A stretch of DNA of 64,000 nucleotides from Anthoceros angustus (taxonomy: Eukaryota; Plantae; Anthocerotophyta): the NCBI GenBank assembly GCA_010909165.1, contig VJWM01000063.1, positions 868,001 through 932,000 on the forward strand, written 5' to 3'. The first letter of the stretch is position 1; the number at the start of each line of letters is the position of its first letter. Below, piece after piece: positions 23,242 to 36,607 of the stretch. The notes beneath the pieces were generated by a model. It ran no database searches. It worked only from the letters and a program-made list of their open reading frames with translations, and was not told where the DNA came from. The translations under genes and the position numbers were made by a program.

Positions 23242-26200
23242 TAACCCCCCCCAGGGAAGTCCGTAGTCCACAGTCCTCGCAAACAACGGGTACTTCTGGC
23301 TGAAGGTACTTCTTAATCTTCCATCCATTTACTCTGGTCGGCAGTAATTCTCCCCCCAATACTCGTAGTTGCACAGACCCATTCTCGTACACTGCCGCCA
23401 CCTCATAAGGTCCCATCCACCTTAGCCTAAGCTTCCCTGGAAAGTCTAGGTACCGACTATCATATAGAAGAACCAAATCCCGTCCACGATAGCCTCTTGC
23501 TTTCTCAACCTCCCATCATGCCCGCTTTACGAGTTCACGAATCCGCGTTTCTTCTAAAGCATCCTCCCTACGTTCTTCTGCTCTATGAATGATTCTAGTC
23601 TAACTACGCTATCCTCTACATCATGCGTCATCCTCCATGATTACGTAGGTGGGTACTTCAAACTCCACGGCATCACGGTGACATGCCATACGTTAGATAA
23701 TAAGGGTCTTTTTGGTGGTTACCTTTTCCATGCAAGCCCACGGCGAATGCAACAGCATCCCAATCATACATGTGTGTCACACCTTGGTAAGGATTGTGCG
23801 AGCAACCCATTCGTCTTCTCCGTTAATCCATTCGCTTTGTAGGGGTCGTCTTCGATGCCGAATGTTGAAGTAGGTGGTCAGAGTTTCAACGACCGAGTTG
23901 AGGAAATGTGTCCCCCGGTCGCTGACCAACTCTAAAGGACATCCATACCTGGTTATGATGTTCTCGAATAGAAACTTGGCTACTGCAGGCGCGTCGTCCT
24001 TCCTTGTTGCTTCAGCTTCCACCATCTTCGTACAATAATCCGTAGCCACCAAAATGTACTGCTTCCTCGTCCATTGCGTTGGTGGTTTGATCGGCCCAAC
24101 GAAATCGATTCCCCACTTCTCGAACGGTGCTAGCGGCAGGATGTAGGTAAGAGGCCATTGTGTCGACAACGTAGGCCGCCCAACCCTCTGACACGCATCA
24201 CACCTCGGGTGAACTCCCACATCCTTTTGCATCGTAGCCACCAAAACCCGGCATTCAAAATCTTCCACACTGCCGAGTAGTGTCCACTGCCTCTGCATGT
24301 AACGCCTCGTGAGTGCCTCCTTAGCCGAGACAGTGGATCTTTTCGTCTGCCCAAGTTTACAGGACACCTTCCATGCAGGGGTGCGGCTTTATGGAGAAAG
24401 ACCGCCCCTTCCCTTGACAACCCATCCGGCATGATGCCATGCTCCGAATTTCGTACTTCACGCTCAACAAATACCTCGGGCATGAACGCCTCGCGGTCTA
24501 ATCTTCTCCTTCCGGTGTGCCACGTCTCCTCCTCCTAGGACGTTCGTTAGCTCATGGCGTGTATCCATCCTCGCCCACGGCCCCCGCTCGCCGCCATGCC
24601 GCACGTTCCTCAACAGCGTCGCATGTTCTTCCTTCATTAACGGTTGATTTTCGTCGCCTCGGCCCAACCGTCTGGGTCCATCTCGTGCTCCCATGGCGAC
24701 CTCCTCGACTTGTTGCACCTCCATGGTGGATTTTGAGGATTGCCCATGATCGCCAACTCTCCTGCAATTTTCTTCAAGCTTGTCATGGGATGAAGCTCCT
24801 TCCTCGCCCTCTGGCGCACCCACCTCCCTAGGGGCGTCTCCTCCTCGCGGCCTCATGGCGCCTGGCTTCTGACCTCGCCAAGTGGGGGCCTTCCTGTCGC
24901 TCAAAAACGGTGCTCTCATGTCCGTTTTTGCTGCTTCCTTTTGCCAACGTGTGGCCTCCACTTGCAGCCCCCCTGACTGCTCACCCTTGAGGAGAATTCC
25001 AGCCTCCTCCTTGCGCCCATGCTGGCGCCATCCTATCTCCCCTCGGATTTCCAAATTGTCCTGCTTTTCCCGCTCGCTCCTTCTTGATTTGGCCCCTCTG
25101 CAGCAAGCTTGCTGATCAATTCTTAGGCCTTCGACAACATGCTCACCTCCTTCCCTTGACTTGGGTCATGGTAACCAACTCCTCGTCGAAATCGATCATC
25201 CGTGGCTTCAAGTCGCTCTCCGGTCTTAGAAATGAAATCGATTCGATGTTGCTTCCTGGCCTGGTTTCTCGTCAACTCTTGCAGCGTAATACCCATCGGC
25301 GATCCTTCACGACAACCGCTTGTTGACAAGATACTTCAACGCAAAATGATCGACATGGAGCGTAACCTTGCAAGCAAGGATAGTGTCTAAACTTCTTACA
25401 GAGTAAATGATACCAAGGCCCTCCGCTCCGTGGTTGAGTAGTTCTTTTGCATCCGTGATTGTACCGCATAGAAAATCGGATGATCTTTTTCTCATCTTCC
25501 GACTTAAGACGGTCCCAATAGCATAGGCGGACACATCCACGTATACGTGAAACGGCTTCCCCAATCCGGCGGTTGTAAAGTTGCGCTCACCAAGCTGTCC
25601 TTCAATCGAAAGGCCTCTGCGGGTCCATTCGAAGGTGTATCCTTTTGGTTAATTGTGTCAACAAGGCCGCCTTGGCGAAATCCTTGATGAACCTCTGTAA
25701 TACCCACTAGCCTACAAAAGCTCGCACCTCACTTTGTGCGTCCATCTCATATCATCGCTACCTTCTCTTATCTACCGTAATCCTCGCTGAAACTCGATGT
25801 GCTAATAGAATGCCCTCCGTCATGCCAAAATAACACTTTCTGGATGAAGTTTCATGTTCGACTCTGCAAGCATTGCCTCAAATGGTCTAAATGCAAGTTC
25901 CTTCTCCCAAATACAGAAATCATCAGAATACCTCCATGAACTTCCTAAAATCTCGGAAGATCGCGTTCACCACTGGAAAGTGGCGGGGCATTGCACAAGA
26001 AGGGAGCTTGAATAGGCATAAGTTCCCCAATCGTGAGCGTTGTTTTGTCTGATCCTCCTTCGCAGAAATTTGATTGTACCGAATATCCATCCAAGCCATA
26101 TCTCTCAGCCCATGTGTCCAACACTTGTCCATGAAAGGTAAAGGGTGATGATCCTTCTTCGTTGCCTCGTTGAGTTTTACGAAATCTTGACACACCGCAC

Positions 26201-27440
26201 CTTTCCTGCCGCTTCTTTGGTACAATCACGATGGGGCGACCCACTTGGTGAGCACGGGTAAATCACCCCAAGTAGTATTGGTCGGTGATCCTTAACAACC
26301 ATGGAATACTTGGGATTCATGTATTGCTTGATCCGTCGAGTGCCCTCCTTCAGTCTATTCGATGTATTCCCAGTTCCCGGTATCCTGTCATGTCGGTAAT
26401 CTTGAAGGCAAACACATCAACATATTCTCTAAGGACCCTCTGAAACTCATCTTTTCTATCGCCTAGGTACTTAGAAATCTTGACTACCTTGCTAGGTTCT
26501 AACTCTAGGTCTTCTACCGGGATCTACATATGTTCCCTATGCTGCCTATCGGGTTCGGATCCCTTCCGGAAAGTCTCTCATAAGCCTGCCCTTCCAAAAG
26601 GCTACTCCTTCTATGGGCCTCATCCTCGGACTCTATGGCCCCTCTATATGTAAGCAGGCATACACCAAATCACTCTTTATTTGCGACCTCATGAGGACCC
26701 CGATATGCTTTGCAGCCCGAGGAGCTTACCCCGTGCTACGAGGTGTACCGTCGATGGTTGCAGACTCCCCTCATAAGGAGCCTTACTCCATGACACAAAG
26801 CAATCGTCAGTCCGATCTCTGGACTTGAAGGTGATGCCACTACGACCAAAATCAAAAACACACGCGACCATACAACCAAGGCCTACCTATCAAAACCTTA
26901 TAGCCTAAATCCGAAACCGCGCATCACAATGTAGGTAAGATGGAAGGTGAGTCCCCAATTCGTGGGCACGTTCCTCGACCCCAGTGGCTTTCTCCTTGCA
27001 GTCGGCCATCCGTAAAAATACTCGGGCGGGTGAAACTCGGTGAATCCGAGTTGATGAGCTCCTCCGTCATCAAGTTGACTCGATCCGAATCTAATGGCAC
27101 GCACCAAACACCCGCAATCTCAACCTCAATCTCGGGTGCCCCTAAATCAACGAGTTCGACCACATTTACCTCCGCCGACCGATTTCTCCCTCCTACTGCT
27201 TCAGGGATTCCCCTGATCGCCTCCTTCACAATTTTGCGGGATCTTGGACTTACCGCAAGCAACTGTCTCAGACTGACCACAAATTCGCGGTCAAGTAATG
27301 CGTCAGCGAAACTGGAGATTTTATCCGACAAAGTTTCCTCCCCGCTTGCAGCCCTGACGCTGGTCGACTCCGACCTTATTGGTAAAGTTTCTGATTCCAT
27401 GACCCCTCCTATCGGGTGGGTTCCCATACCCGGTGGATCC
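23242..27440 (-). pseudogene. pol: pol of internal A (PR-RT-RNaseH-INT), frameshifted as read
   Basis: PR EIEVEIAGV..VPLDS (~27090). RT KLNEATKKDHHPLPFMD, FRKFMEVF (25923-26225). RH KPFHVYVDVSAYAIG, KKFRHY (~25300-25560). INT RCDACQRVG, LAPFEKWGIDFVGPI, YILVATDYCTKMVEA, ENIITRYGCPLELVSDRGTHFLN (23777-24367). GPY/F tail GKLRLRWMGPYEV...VNGWKIKKY (~23300-23450). Confidence 0.95.
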
Positions 27441-27489
27441 ACGATTCTGCTCTGCGACGCTTTCCGTGTCGGGTGAGCTGTTTAATTCA

Positions 27490-29400
27490 TCTTCCGCATT
27501 GCCGCGCTTCGACTAATGTCGGGAGGAAGCGTTCGTTCCTCCCCTCCTTTGGTCCTTCGCCCCGCCCAGGGTAGTCTGGTCTATCCAGGGTGCCGGACGG
27601 GTAGTGCCTGCCTGGTGCGGTCTTGTTCTGCTCCTCTTCGTGCGAACAGCGCCTCCGGAGGCCATGGTGAGTCATCCCTCACCTTCCTCCGTTCCTTTCC
27701 TCATGCTTTTTTCCACCGTCCTTTCGCCCGACCGGTGGTTACCCCGGCCACCATCAACCTTTCATCCGCGCATTTCTCCCTCGTATCCTTCCTCCACGAC
27801 ACGGCGTCACACCAATCCCGGGAATCGTACTCCCACCTTCAACACGGTGTTGTGGTCACGAATTGCGGTGTTGGGTCGTGCCTCTTCCACTGCAGCTGTA
27901 ACGACTCGGTCGCTGGTGTCACTCGCGTCACCCCGTGCATCCGATCCCCATTTTATGTCCCAATTCCTTACATACCGGCAAAAGGGTACATAACCTACTT
28001 GCTTCCGTGGTTACGGGCATTCGTTGAGTAGTGTCACGGGGCTCGAATTGAACACCCTGTGGAATTGCCATCGGCATTGATGGATCTGGTCTCCATTGTC
28101 TGGCGATGTCGGTCGTGAGCCATACCTTGAGGGGTGCGTTTGGTAAGTCGCTCTCATTGATTGAGGTGGTCGACGGTGCAGCCGTACGCCCGTCCACATA
28201 CCAATAATCTCCGGCATAACGGTTTCCACATGATTTACGCGTGTCGCGGCAGAATACATTTGGTGTGTCCGTTTGATGACGATCGAGCAATACACCAAGC
28301 CTCATGCGAAGGAGATCTTCGTGGAGCTTGATTCTTCACGCCTTGACCTCCAACTCGGTCAACCGCTTGGTCAAAGCCTCCACTTGTCCGAATCCTCCTC
28401 CCTGCAGACGTTTCTCCCTTCTCCATCCGACGGACCGCCTTTCCTCTCCTTCTCCAATGCGCGCCCGCCTTCGTTTTTGACCTTCTCGGTCCTTCCTCAT
28501 TCGTTCGTAGGCCTTCTCCGATTCCTCATCCGATGTGGAGCCTTCCTGAGTTCCGCTGTCCTCACTTTCTGATGTGGAAGAGGGCGACGAGCTGGAGGAG
28601 GTAGAGGAAGACGAGGAGCTAGATCTCCTCGATCCTTTTCTCTTCTTATGACTCCGCCTCTTCTTCCTCCTTCTCCCAACTCGGCGACTCCCATTCCTCA
28701 CTAAGCGGAGGCCCCGCCAACGTCTTCGCCCGCTGCAGTGTACCTCCATTTTCGTGACAAGCCACTCACAAACCAATCCAACGCTTGTTCTTGTGAGTAC
28801 CCAGAGGTGGGTGGATCTCCGGGTGCACATTTGAACCCGATCCAGGATATCCATAAAACCTCTCACATAATCGAACAACGACTCGTTCTTCTTCGGAGGG
28901 TTCTCAACTTGCCAAGGTGGTGTGCGTGAGCCCTCGGAACCGATTCAAGAAGGCTTAAGAGCTTCCCAATCCGTGGCCGAATTATATGCGACCATACCGC
29001 ATGCCCTCTCTCTCCGGAAAGATGCGATCGCTCGGCGACTCCATCCTCTAAATCGTGGGAGGCGTGCTCAAAGTCTGGCCCGCATCATCTCCCTTTTTCT
29101 TCTCGCCGAATTTGACGTATGGCGACTATGAAGGGCCTCCTCCTCCACCAACTCCACTCATGTTGCTTCGGAGTGTCCACGCGACCAACACTCCTCTCCG
29201 GGTAACAGGAAACAAATCGGGATCCTTGAGCGAAAATCTTCTACCGAAGGGAGTAGCGACCTCCAGTCCGTCCCAAAGATCAATCGATCCGATGATCGAG
29301 TCGTTCCGCCAAATCCTCCGACCAAGCACGAAACTCCGCCACTGACGACCACCGCATTTCACTGGAAGATGAGGTGGTGCCACCGCTTTGAGAAGCAAAG
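27490..29400 (-). pseudogene. gag: gag of internal A
   Basis: AFLNRFRG gag-core motif (~28940), S/E/R-rich linker and a Cys/His knuckle remnant (VCKELGHKMGIGC, ~27935-27975). Located between the PBS and PR. Confidence 0.7.
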
Positions 29401-29881
29401 CGTCGGGCGTTCGCGGTTGTCAACTCGTGCTCGGAGGAGCGCCCCTTCTCACGGACACCAGCTTCTCTTCACGACCTCCTTCCTCTACCGGTGATCTCGC
29501 CTCTTCTTCCTCCTTCTCCCCGTTGCTCCGCACCTCCGCCTCGGCCACGGCGACTTCCTCCGCGTCGTGTCTCTACTTCCTCCCGCTGCCCACGAGTGGC
29601 GGCAGGCCTCTTCCTTAGCCGCCTTCAAGGCTCGTAAATCTCTTGCGATGGCGGGGTGACCTTCGTGTATCTCCCGAGATCCCTACCGACATCCGCAACC
29701 ATCCTCATGTCCTCCAACCCACGTGTGTTAAGAGAAGCAAATCACACCGTTTAGTGTCTCAACTCACCCTATGACACTTAGGGCGTGAAATTCCTCTTCT
29801 CACCCTATGGTCGACTCGGTCCTTTGAAAACATTCTCAGCCTAGCGATGGAAACCACAAAACTTCAAACTTTCAACAACAA

Positions 29882-29898
29882 GTCCCGCAGGCCAAAAA
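29882..29898 (-). promoter_or_regulatory. Primer-binding site of internal A (degenerate tRNA-Asp type)
   Basis: The - strand reads ...CCCTACCACA|TTTTTGGCCTGCGGGAC directly after the 5' LTR end. Consistent with TTTTTGGCGCCGTTGCCGGGGA with several bases missing. Confidence 0.65.
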
Positions 29899-32800
29899 TG
29901 TGGTAGGGAGAACCGGGCACTCCCGGTCCTCCCACTGCGGCCACACTTATCCACCGTCGCTGCGTTGGGTTTCGTCCCATGAGACTTGTGTGAAAGTTCG
30001 AGGTCTTGTGGTCACCAATCACACCGCACAACTCTCACCTTCTAACAAGCAAGGCGCCACTCTCCCTCTCACTGCACCACTTGCTCTCGCCAACCCTCGA
30101 CCCACAACGACACGGTCCCGCCGGCCTACCACAGCCGGACCCCGTTCACACGTCCCTACTTCTAAGACCAAACTTGACCTACAACGACACAACACAATTG
30201 CGTCCCGCCTCAGGAGCCTACCACGGCGCCCAGGGACCCCAGTTCACACCGCGATTCGTCCCTACTTCTAAGACCACTCTCCACTCGGGAGCGCTCTTAC
30301 TTGCAGGGATTCGTCCCTTAGGCTCGCTGGCCTTCCACTAACACCTACACCTCTAATCCTCTACTCATCTTCTCATCTCCTCATCCTCTTCCTCCTAGTC
30401 TAACCTCCTGGTTCTTGGCCTTACACAACCGCCTGGGTCCGCCTCCACCAGAAGTTCTTCCTTGGGCCTATGAGTTTGACACAGACAATGAGAACCTCCA
30501 GGAGTCTTTCCTGTAGTCTACCCTCAAGCCGAGAGTTCTCCGGCATTTGCCACACACCCAAAGCAAAGCAATTTCAAAGAACCATTCACAAGGGAGCAAC
30601 TCGTTTAGGCACTTGCAGAGAGCAAGTCCTCCACCAAGCACCACCGCGACTTCCTCTCTACTGTGACTGTTGGCTCACGCACGAAATTCCTCTGTAATGG
30701 CAAAGGACTCGATGAGCGTGGAAGCGCAAGACATGATACTTTACTTTGTGAAATCCTCCTCCTCTTATAGGAGGCCTTCCACATACAACCTCCCTAGGTG
30801 ACCCTCTGCAGTCACCTTTTCCAATTTCTATTATTTCCTACAGATTTAATGTCGGCACCTAAGTCTATTGTCCGATCCTTGGTAAATTCTATTCTAGTAA
30901 CTTCACCTAAGACCATCCTTGAAGGATGTCACATCACCTATCCTTCCGTTCCCCAAAGCTCATTTATGGTCATTGACCATTCTTAGTCCTTATCTCACTG
31001 GGTGGTGACATGGCCCTTGGGGATTGGCTCCCTCCTTTTGCTCTGCCCTTCCCCATCTTGTCGCCTTCCTAATGTGTGGGGCAAGTACCATCCCGCCTTC
31101 CTCCATCTCGCGGGCGGCGCCTAAAGTCTGTTATCTTCCATCGCGCCTCCGCGCACCTAGGCGCCTTTTCTCCTCCGGTCCGCTCATCGCGTTCATCGGT
31201 AGTCCGACAGGGGTAGGTGACTACCATACCGTGGTACCTATCTCCTTCTTCCTTCCTCTCCGGTGATGTCTCTGGGGTGAGTTCCTTGCTTTCCCTTCGT
31301 TTGGTTTGTCCATACCTATCACGAGCATGTCTTCAAAGAATCTTCCCCATTCGACCAATGTTGCTACTAACTCTCCGGGCCTTCTTGCGTTGGTCTCCTC
31401 TCGCCCGGCTCCTCCCTTATCCGTAAGGGAACTTCTCACCCTCCCCTTCCTCGACGGTGGACCCCGTCCTTAGTCTCCTTGTCTCCCACCACCCACCGCT
31501 CCTCCAGGGGTATACTACCGGCTCTCCTTCATCCTCGGCCAGCCTGGCCCCGACTCCCCTCAGCCTCGCCCACGGGCTGCCCACCCCTAGTCCGGCGACT
31601 ACCGCGTGGTCTACCACAGTCCGGACTCTGGTAGGTGGTCACCCACTGGTAGGTTGACCCCGGAGGTGGGCTTTCCCCTCCTTGCTCGCGCACCCACTCT
31701 GCGGCTCTCCTTCCTCGACTCCTCGATTCCTCGAGTCCATTTCGATGGCCTCATCAAAATCGGAGGCCTCGGCCGCACTCTCCATCATCATGAGGACCCA
31801 ATGTCCTCCTCTTGGCCAAACGCAAGATCTCATTGTTGGCCTTCAAAATTCTATTGTGGAGGTGAGCCCCAAGCTATGATATTGCATTTGGAGATCATCA
31901 ATCTCGTGGGCCACTCTCCATCTTCACACCTACCTTTGTAGGCGTCCCTTGAGGTGGTCAATTCCCCACCTTGACATGGAGGTCACATTCTCCTCCTTCC
32001 TTTATTGGGCCAATTTTGCTCAAGGGCATAATCGCCCAAAACCTCGCTTCCTTACCAAGATTCTATGTACCACCTTCTTGTGGTACTCTCCTCCTCTGGA
32101 CCTTTTCCTTCCAAGTCCTCTATTCGTTGAGCAAGCCCTTCTCCGCTTGCCAAGCATCTTTCGCTCTCAGAGTTCTGGTTTTGAATTTCCAGCTGGGCGC
32201 TTCTCTTCCAAACTAAACCGGGCTCTTCTCAACTCTTCCTTCATGTCCGGATCCGGATGGCTTGTAGCCATCACTGCTTCTGCGTCCATTTTGGACCGCT
32301 ACCTTCTCCTTCCGAGAGCCTCTGTTTTGCCCTTCGCTCTTGCTCTAATTGGGCAAAATGCTCCGCCTGTCTCCATGAGTCTCGTTGGGTGGTTGCTCGG
32401 ATGGCTCTTTCTTCTTTGAGCCAACCTCCCTCCAAGACCTTCTCCGCGCTGATCCATAAGGTCACTGGAGCTTCCACCTTTTCCGGCTTGCCTTTTCGTC
32501 GGACTCCATGGCCTCCAATTGCCATTTGGTCCTGCCTTCCTCCGGCCATGTCTTGAGATTTCACTTCCTCTTGGCATGCCCACAAGGAGGCTGCTAGTCC
32601 TAGCCTTCAAATCCACGGGCCGAGTGCTTCACAAGCACCGAATTCTCCTAGGGGTCCTACCACCCTCTTCTTCTTCTTGCTGAAATCTCGCACTCTCCAC
32701 GGGCCATGGGCGGGCCCCTTCACTCGCTCCATCCGCCTCCCACCCGCGCGGAGATGGTGGGGCGCACCTCGCACCGCTTCTCCTTCCCTTCCGCCACCAG

Positions 32801-34859
32801 AGGCTGTTTTGCTGGCGTGGGGTGCCCGCCTCGGTAGGCGCCCCTCTGGTAGTCCGCCTACCTACCATGGTAGGCGCCTACCACGGGCTGCCCACCCCTT
32901 GGGTAGACCGCCCCTACCGGGTAGTCCGTGGTGCCTCTCGTAGGCACAAAGGAGATGGTGGGGACTCCCCACTTGTCACCCTCCCGTGGTCCTTCTCTCA
33001 TAGACCACCATCCGGCCTTCTTTCTTGCTCTTCTTCCCTTGCTTGCTCCTGTGGGAAAGGATTCCCACCGCAACTTTGTTGCCTCGAACCTTCTCCTCTT
33101 GCCTCTAGCATTTTGTGGAGGTCGACCTCCCACCGTCTTCGCAATGCAAAGGCAAAGGCCTTTCCAACCTCTGGAGATGGATGACCTCAAAGGGATGCCA
33201 TGCATCTTCAAGCTCCTTGCTTGTGAGGAGTCCCTCGGTTTCCCATAAATGCACCAAATAGGTGCTAAGATAGTGGGCCTTGGTCCTTCCTCATCCACCG
33301 AATTTGGCTTGAGGAGCTTCTCTCGATGGTGTGTACGCTTCATACATGATAGTCCCCAATCCGGCTTTCCCATGGAAATCTTCCACAAAATTGGAGGAAG
33401 TTGGTCTTTGAAATAAGAGGCGTTGGTAATTTACCAACCCCAGACAATCTTTGCGAAGAGCCTCCACTTGACCTCCTTGATGCTCTCGGTCTTCCAGCCA
33501 TTCTTGGCGTGGGCCTTCACTCCTCCATCCATCATGTCAAGGAACTCCTGCGGATGTCGAGGGCTGTCCTCTTCCCATTCAACCTTTCGAGGAGCACCGA
33601 GCTTTCCTCCTGGTCTTCCATACACTGCCGAATACTTCACGGTCCAACAATGGGATCCGCTAGCATTCCTTTCCAGAGCGGCGAGGCTGCTTCCGATTGA
33701 TGGAGGTTGATGTAACACTCCTCAATCAATTCCAAATTGGTGTAGGCCCATTGGCGGCCATACACCCATCCTAGTTGGATGTCCTCCCACCGCCAAAATC
33801 AACCAAATCTCGGGGTTGCCGCCAAAGAAGCAAGTGAATTGGGGCATCAAGTTCACCCCGGCGGCTCCGCTTTTCCTTCCTCCTCGCGAGGAGAGCCCTG
33901 GTGGCTCCTTTCCCTTGCCTTTTCCACTCGAGGCATGGCACCTTCCTTACTCCCTCGCCTAGCAAAGAGGATTACTTCCCAATTTTCAGCGTGCTCCAAG
34001 CTTCACCTCCAAACACTCCTTTCTCGTAGCATGACTCCGACTGAGGCACAAGCACACGTTAGCTCTTGAGCCTCGCTCCTTGATTTCTTCTCCAGCCGCC
34101 GTGTGGCGATTTTCCTCCTTCTACTCTCACTCTCCTTCACCTTGCGCCGCCCACCAACTCGCCTCCGCCGGTGCTCCTTCAATGTGTCTCTTTTCCCGAA
34201 AGAGCTTCCCCTGAGCGCTGCTGCCGCCTCTTCTCCTTTCCCCGCTAGGGGTCTTCTCCTTCACCGCCTTCCTCTCGTCGGGTCGCAGCGACGACGCAAT
34301 GGTCCTCCGGCTTCTTTTGCGCCCCGGCTCGCCTCTAAGTGAGTTCGCCTTAGGAAGCGCGCCCAAAGCGCACTTTGCCCTTTGGATGGCCACCGCGGCC
34401 ACACAACCCTAGATTGTGCATCATTCACAAAATCCTAATGATCTATAATACCTATTTTCCTACCGCCTAATTAATCTCTTGCTAATTACTCTATATATTT
34501 ATCCTCTATTGATGAGCATATATAGTGGATATCCCCCTTTATTCTAAGTTTCCTTTTAGCGAGATTTGTCACTACCGCGGTAGTCTGCCACATGCGTAGT
34601 CCGCTCCTTACTCAGCACGGCGTAGTGTGGCACCTCACGGCAGTCCGCCACCTACCAACCTTTGACCGCCTCGCTCGTCTGGGGTCGCTCAATTCGCTTT
34701 TTCCTCCCGGGATATCCTTTTTGCCTTCCTAACAATATTCCACCTAGTTCCAAGATCTCGAAGTTTTCCTCGCATGTTCCTCTTCAATCGCTTAGCCAAA
34801 AAATCAAACTTGTTCGCCTCCGCCGTTTGGGTGGTTGCCCAAACTTTTACGCTTCCACA
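29899..34859 (-). repeat. 5' LTR (~4.96 kb)
   Basis: TGTGGAAGCGTAAAAGTTTGGGC...CCCTACCACA. Long stretches are nearly identical to the 3' LTR, e.g. 4785-4930 vs 30489-30640. Confidence 0.94.
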
Positions 34860-36607
34860 CCAACGCAAAGAAGGCCCGGAGAGAATTAGCGAGGTGACAA
34901 CTCCGCAAATGGGGAGGAACCTTTGAAGACATGCTCCATGATAGGGACAAATCAAACAATAGGAAAGGAGCAAAAGGATCTCAACCCTGTGGACCATCAC
35001 CAATGAGGAAGAGGGAAGGAGATAGGGACCGACTACCATGGTAGGTAGTCAACCTACCCCGTGATCCGCTGCATCACCGCTAGGGTGCCCTTTGAAGGAG
35101 CGCGCCGGGAGGCTAGAAGATGGGCTACCCCGAGTGCGCGATTGCCGGATGGCAAGAAGAATCGGGCGCCGCCCAGAGGGAGAAGAAGGGGCAGAAGGTA
35201 CTTGCCCCAAAGGTCAAGGGGCAGAAGGTACTGCCCCAAAAGTCGAGGGTCGAGGTCAAGACCAGTGGGAAGACCAAAGAAAAAGGGAAGACCAGCAGCA
35301 AAAGGGGATGAGAAGACCAACCAGAAGGGAACCCGTCGCCACCCCAGCAAGATAAGGACTGAGAATTGTCAATGACCATAAATGAGCTTTGGGGAATGGG
35401 AAGGATAGGTGGTGTAGGTTGGCAACATTAAAGAGTGGCCATAGGTGAAGTTGCTAGAATAGAATTTACCTAATCGACAAGAGACTTAGATGCAGCCTTA
35501 AATGGCGGTAGGAAATAATAGAATATTGGAAAGGTGACTGCAGAGGGTCACCCAAGGGAGGTTGTATGTGGAAGGCCTATAAGAGGAGGAGGATTTCACA
35601 AAGTATATCATGTCTTGCGCCCACGCTCATCGAGTCCTTTGCCATTACAGAGGAATTTCGTGTGAGCCAACACTGGTCTGAGAGAGGAAGTCGCGGTGGT
35701 CGAGTGCTTGGTGGAGGACTTGCTCCTTGCAAGTGCCTAAACGAGTTGCTCCTTGTGGAATGGTTGGCCGGAAATTGCTTTGCTTTGGGTGTGTGGCAAA
35801 TGCCTGCAGAACTCTGCTTGAGGGGTAGACTACAGGGAAAGACTCCCGAGGTTCCCGCCCGTGTCAAACTCATAGCAACCGCCCAAGGAAGAACTTGGTG
35901 GAGGCGGACCCTGTGCAGCTTGTGCCGTAAAGTCGAAACGAAGCCCGAATCGAGGTTAGACTAGGAGGAAGAGGATGAGGAGATGAGAAGATGAGTAGAG
36001 GATGAGAGGTGTAGGTGTTAGTGGAAGAAGAGCCTAAGGGACGAATCCCAACTGCAAGTAAAGAGCGCTCCCGAGTGGAGAAGTTTGGTCTTAGGAATTT
36101 AAATCGCGGTGTGGACCGGGGTCCTGGCGCCCGTGATAGGTTCCTCACCGAGGTGGACCTCAATTGTTTTGTGTCGTAGGTCAAGTTTGGTCTTAGAGTA
36201 GGGACGAAATCGCGGTGTGGAGTCCCCGCGTGATAGGTTCCTCGCTTGGTGTGACTGCAATTGTTTTGTGTAGGTGAAGTTTGGTCTTAGAAGTAGGGAC
36301 TAAATCGCGGTGTGGACGGGGGTCCTGGCGCCCGTGATAGGTTCCTCGGCCGACGGGACCCGCAATTGTTTTGTGTCGTTGTAGGTTGAGGATTGGCGAT
36401 CAGGCAAGTGGTGCAGCTGTAAGAGGGAGAGTAGGCGCCTTGCTTGTTTAGAAGGCCGAGAAGTGTGTCGGTAGCGATCGGGCATCACAAGACCTCGAAC
36501 TTTCACACAAGTCTCATGGGACGAAACCCAACGACGTTTACAGTGGGATAAGTGTGGCCGCTATAGTGGGAGGACCTCGGGAGTGCCCCGGGTCTTCCCA
36601 AACCACA
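34860..36607 (+). mobile_element. Solo LTR, right arm
   Basis: Ends ...GGTCTTCCCAAACCACA, followed by GGTGG (36608-36612), a perfect 5-bp TSD with 553-557. The empty site catcctagc-ggtgg-caagcaccttc is seen intact (reverse complement) at ~41222-41246. No PBS or internal region follows. Confidence 0.92.

Larger units (their letters stand above)
4114..34859 (-). mobile_element. Composite Ty3/Gypsy (Athila-like, non-chromovirus) retrotransposon: 5'LTR-internal A-internal B-PPT-3'LTR
   Basis: Two highly similar LTRs, two gag-PR-RT-RH-INT blocks in Gypsy order, two PBS remnants and one PPT. Flanks CCAAG (4109-4113) and CCAAC (34860-34864) give a 4/5 TSD match. Confidence 0.9.

Noticed and set aside
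23242-23300. Chromodomain after integrase
   Set aside because: Both integrases end within ~15-30 codons of the GPY/F tail, leaving no room for one.
24450-25150. Possible additional archaeal-type RNase H (Tat lineage) in the longer RH-INT spacer of internal A
   Set aside because: The spacer is ~0.5 kb longer than in internal B but reads as a low-complexity charged linker. I see no FDG/DGxS or NNxAEY motifs. With the Asp-type PBS this favours Athila-like over Tat, pending an HMM search.
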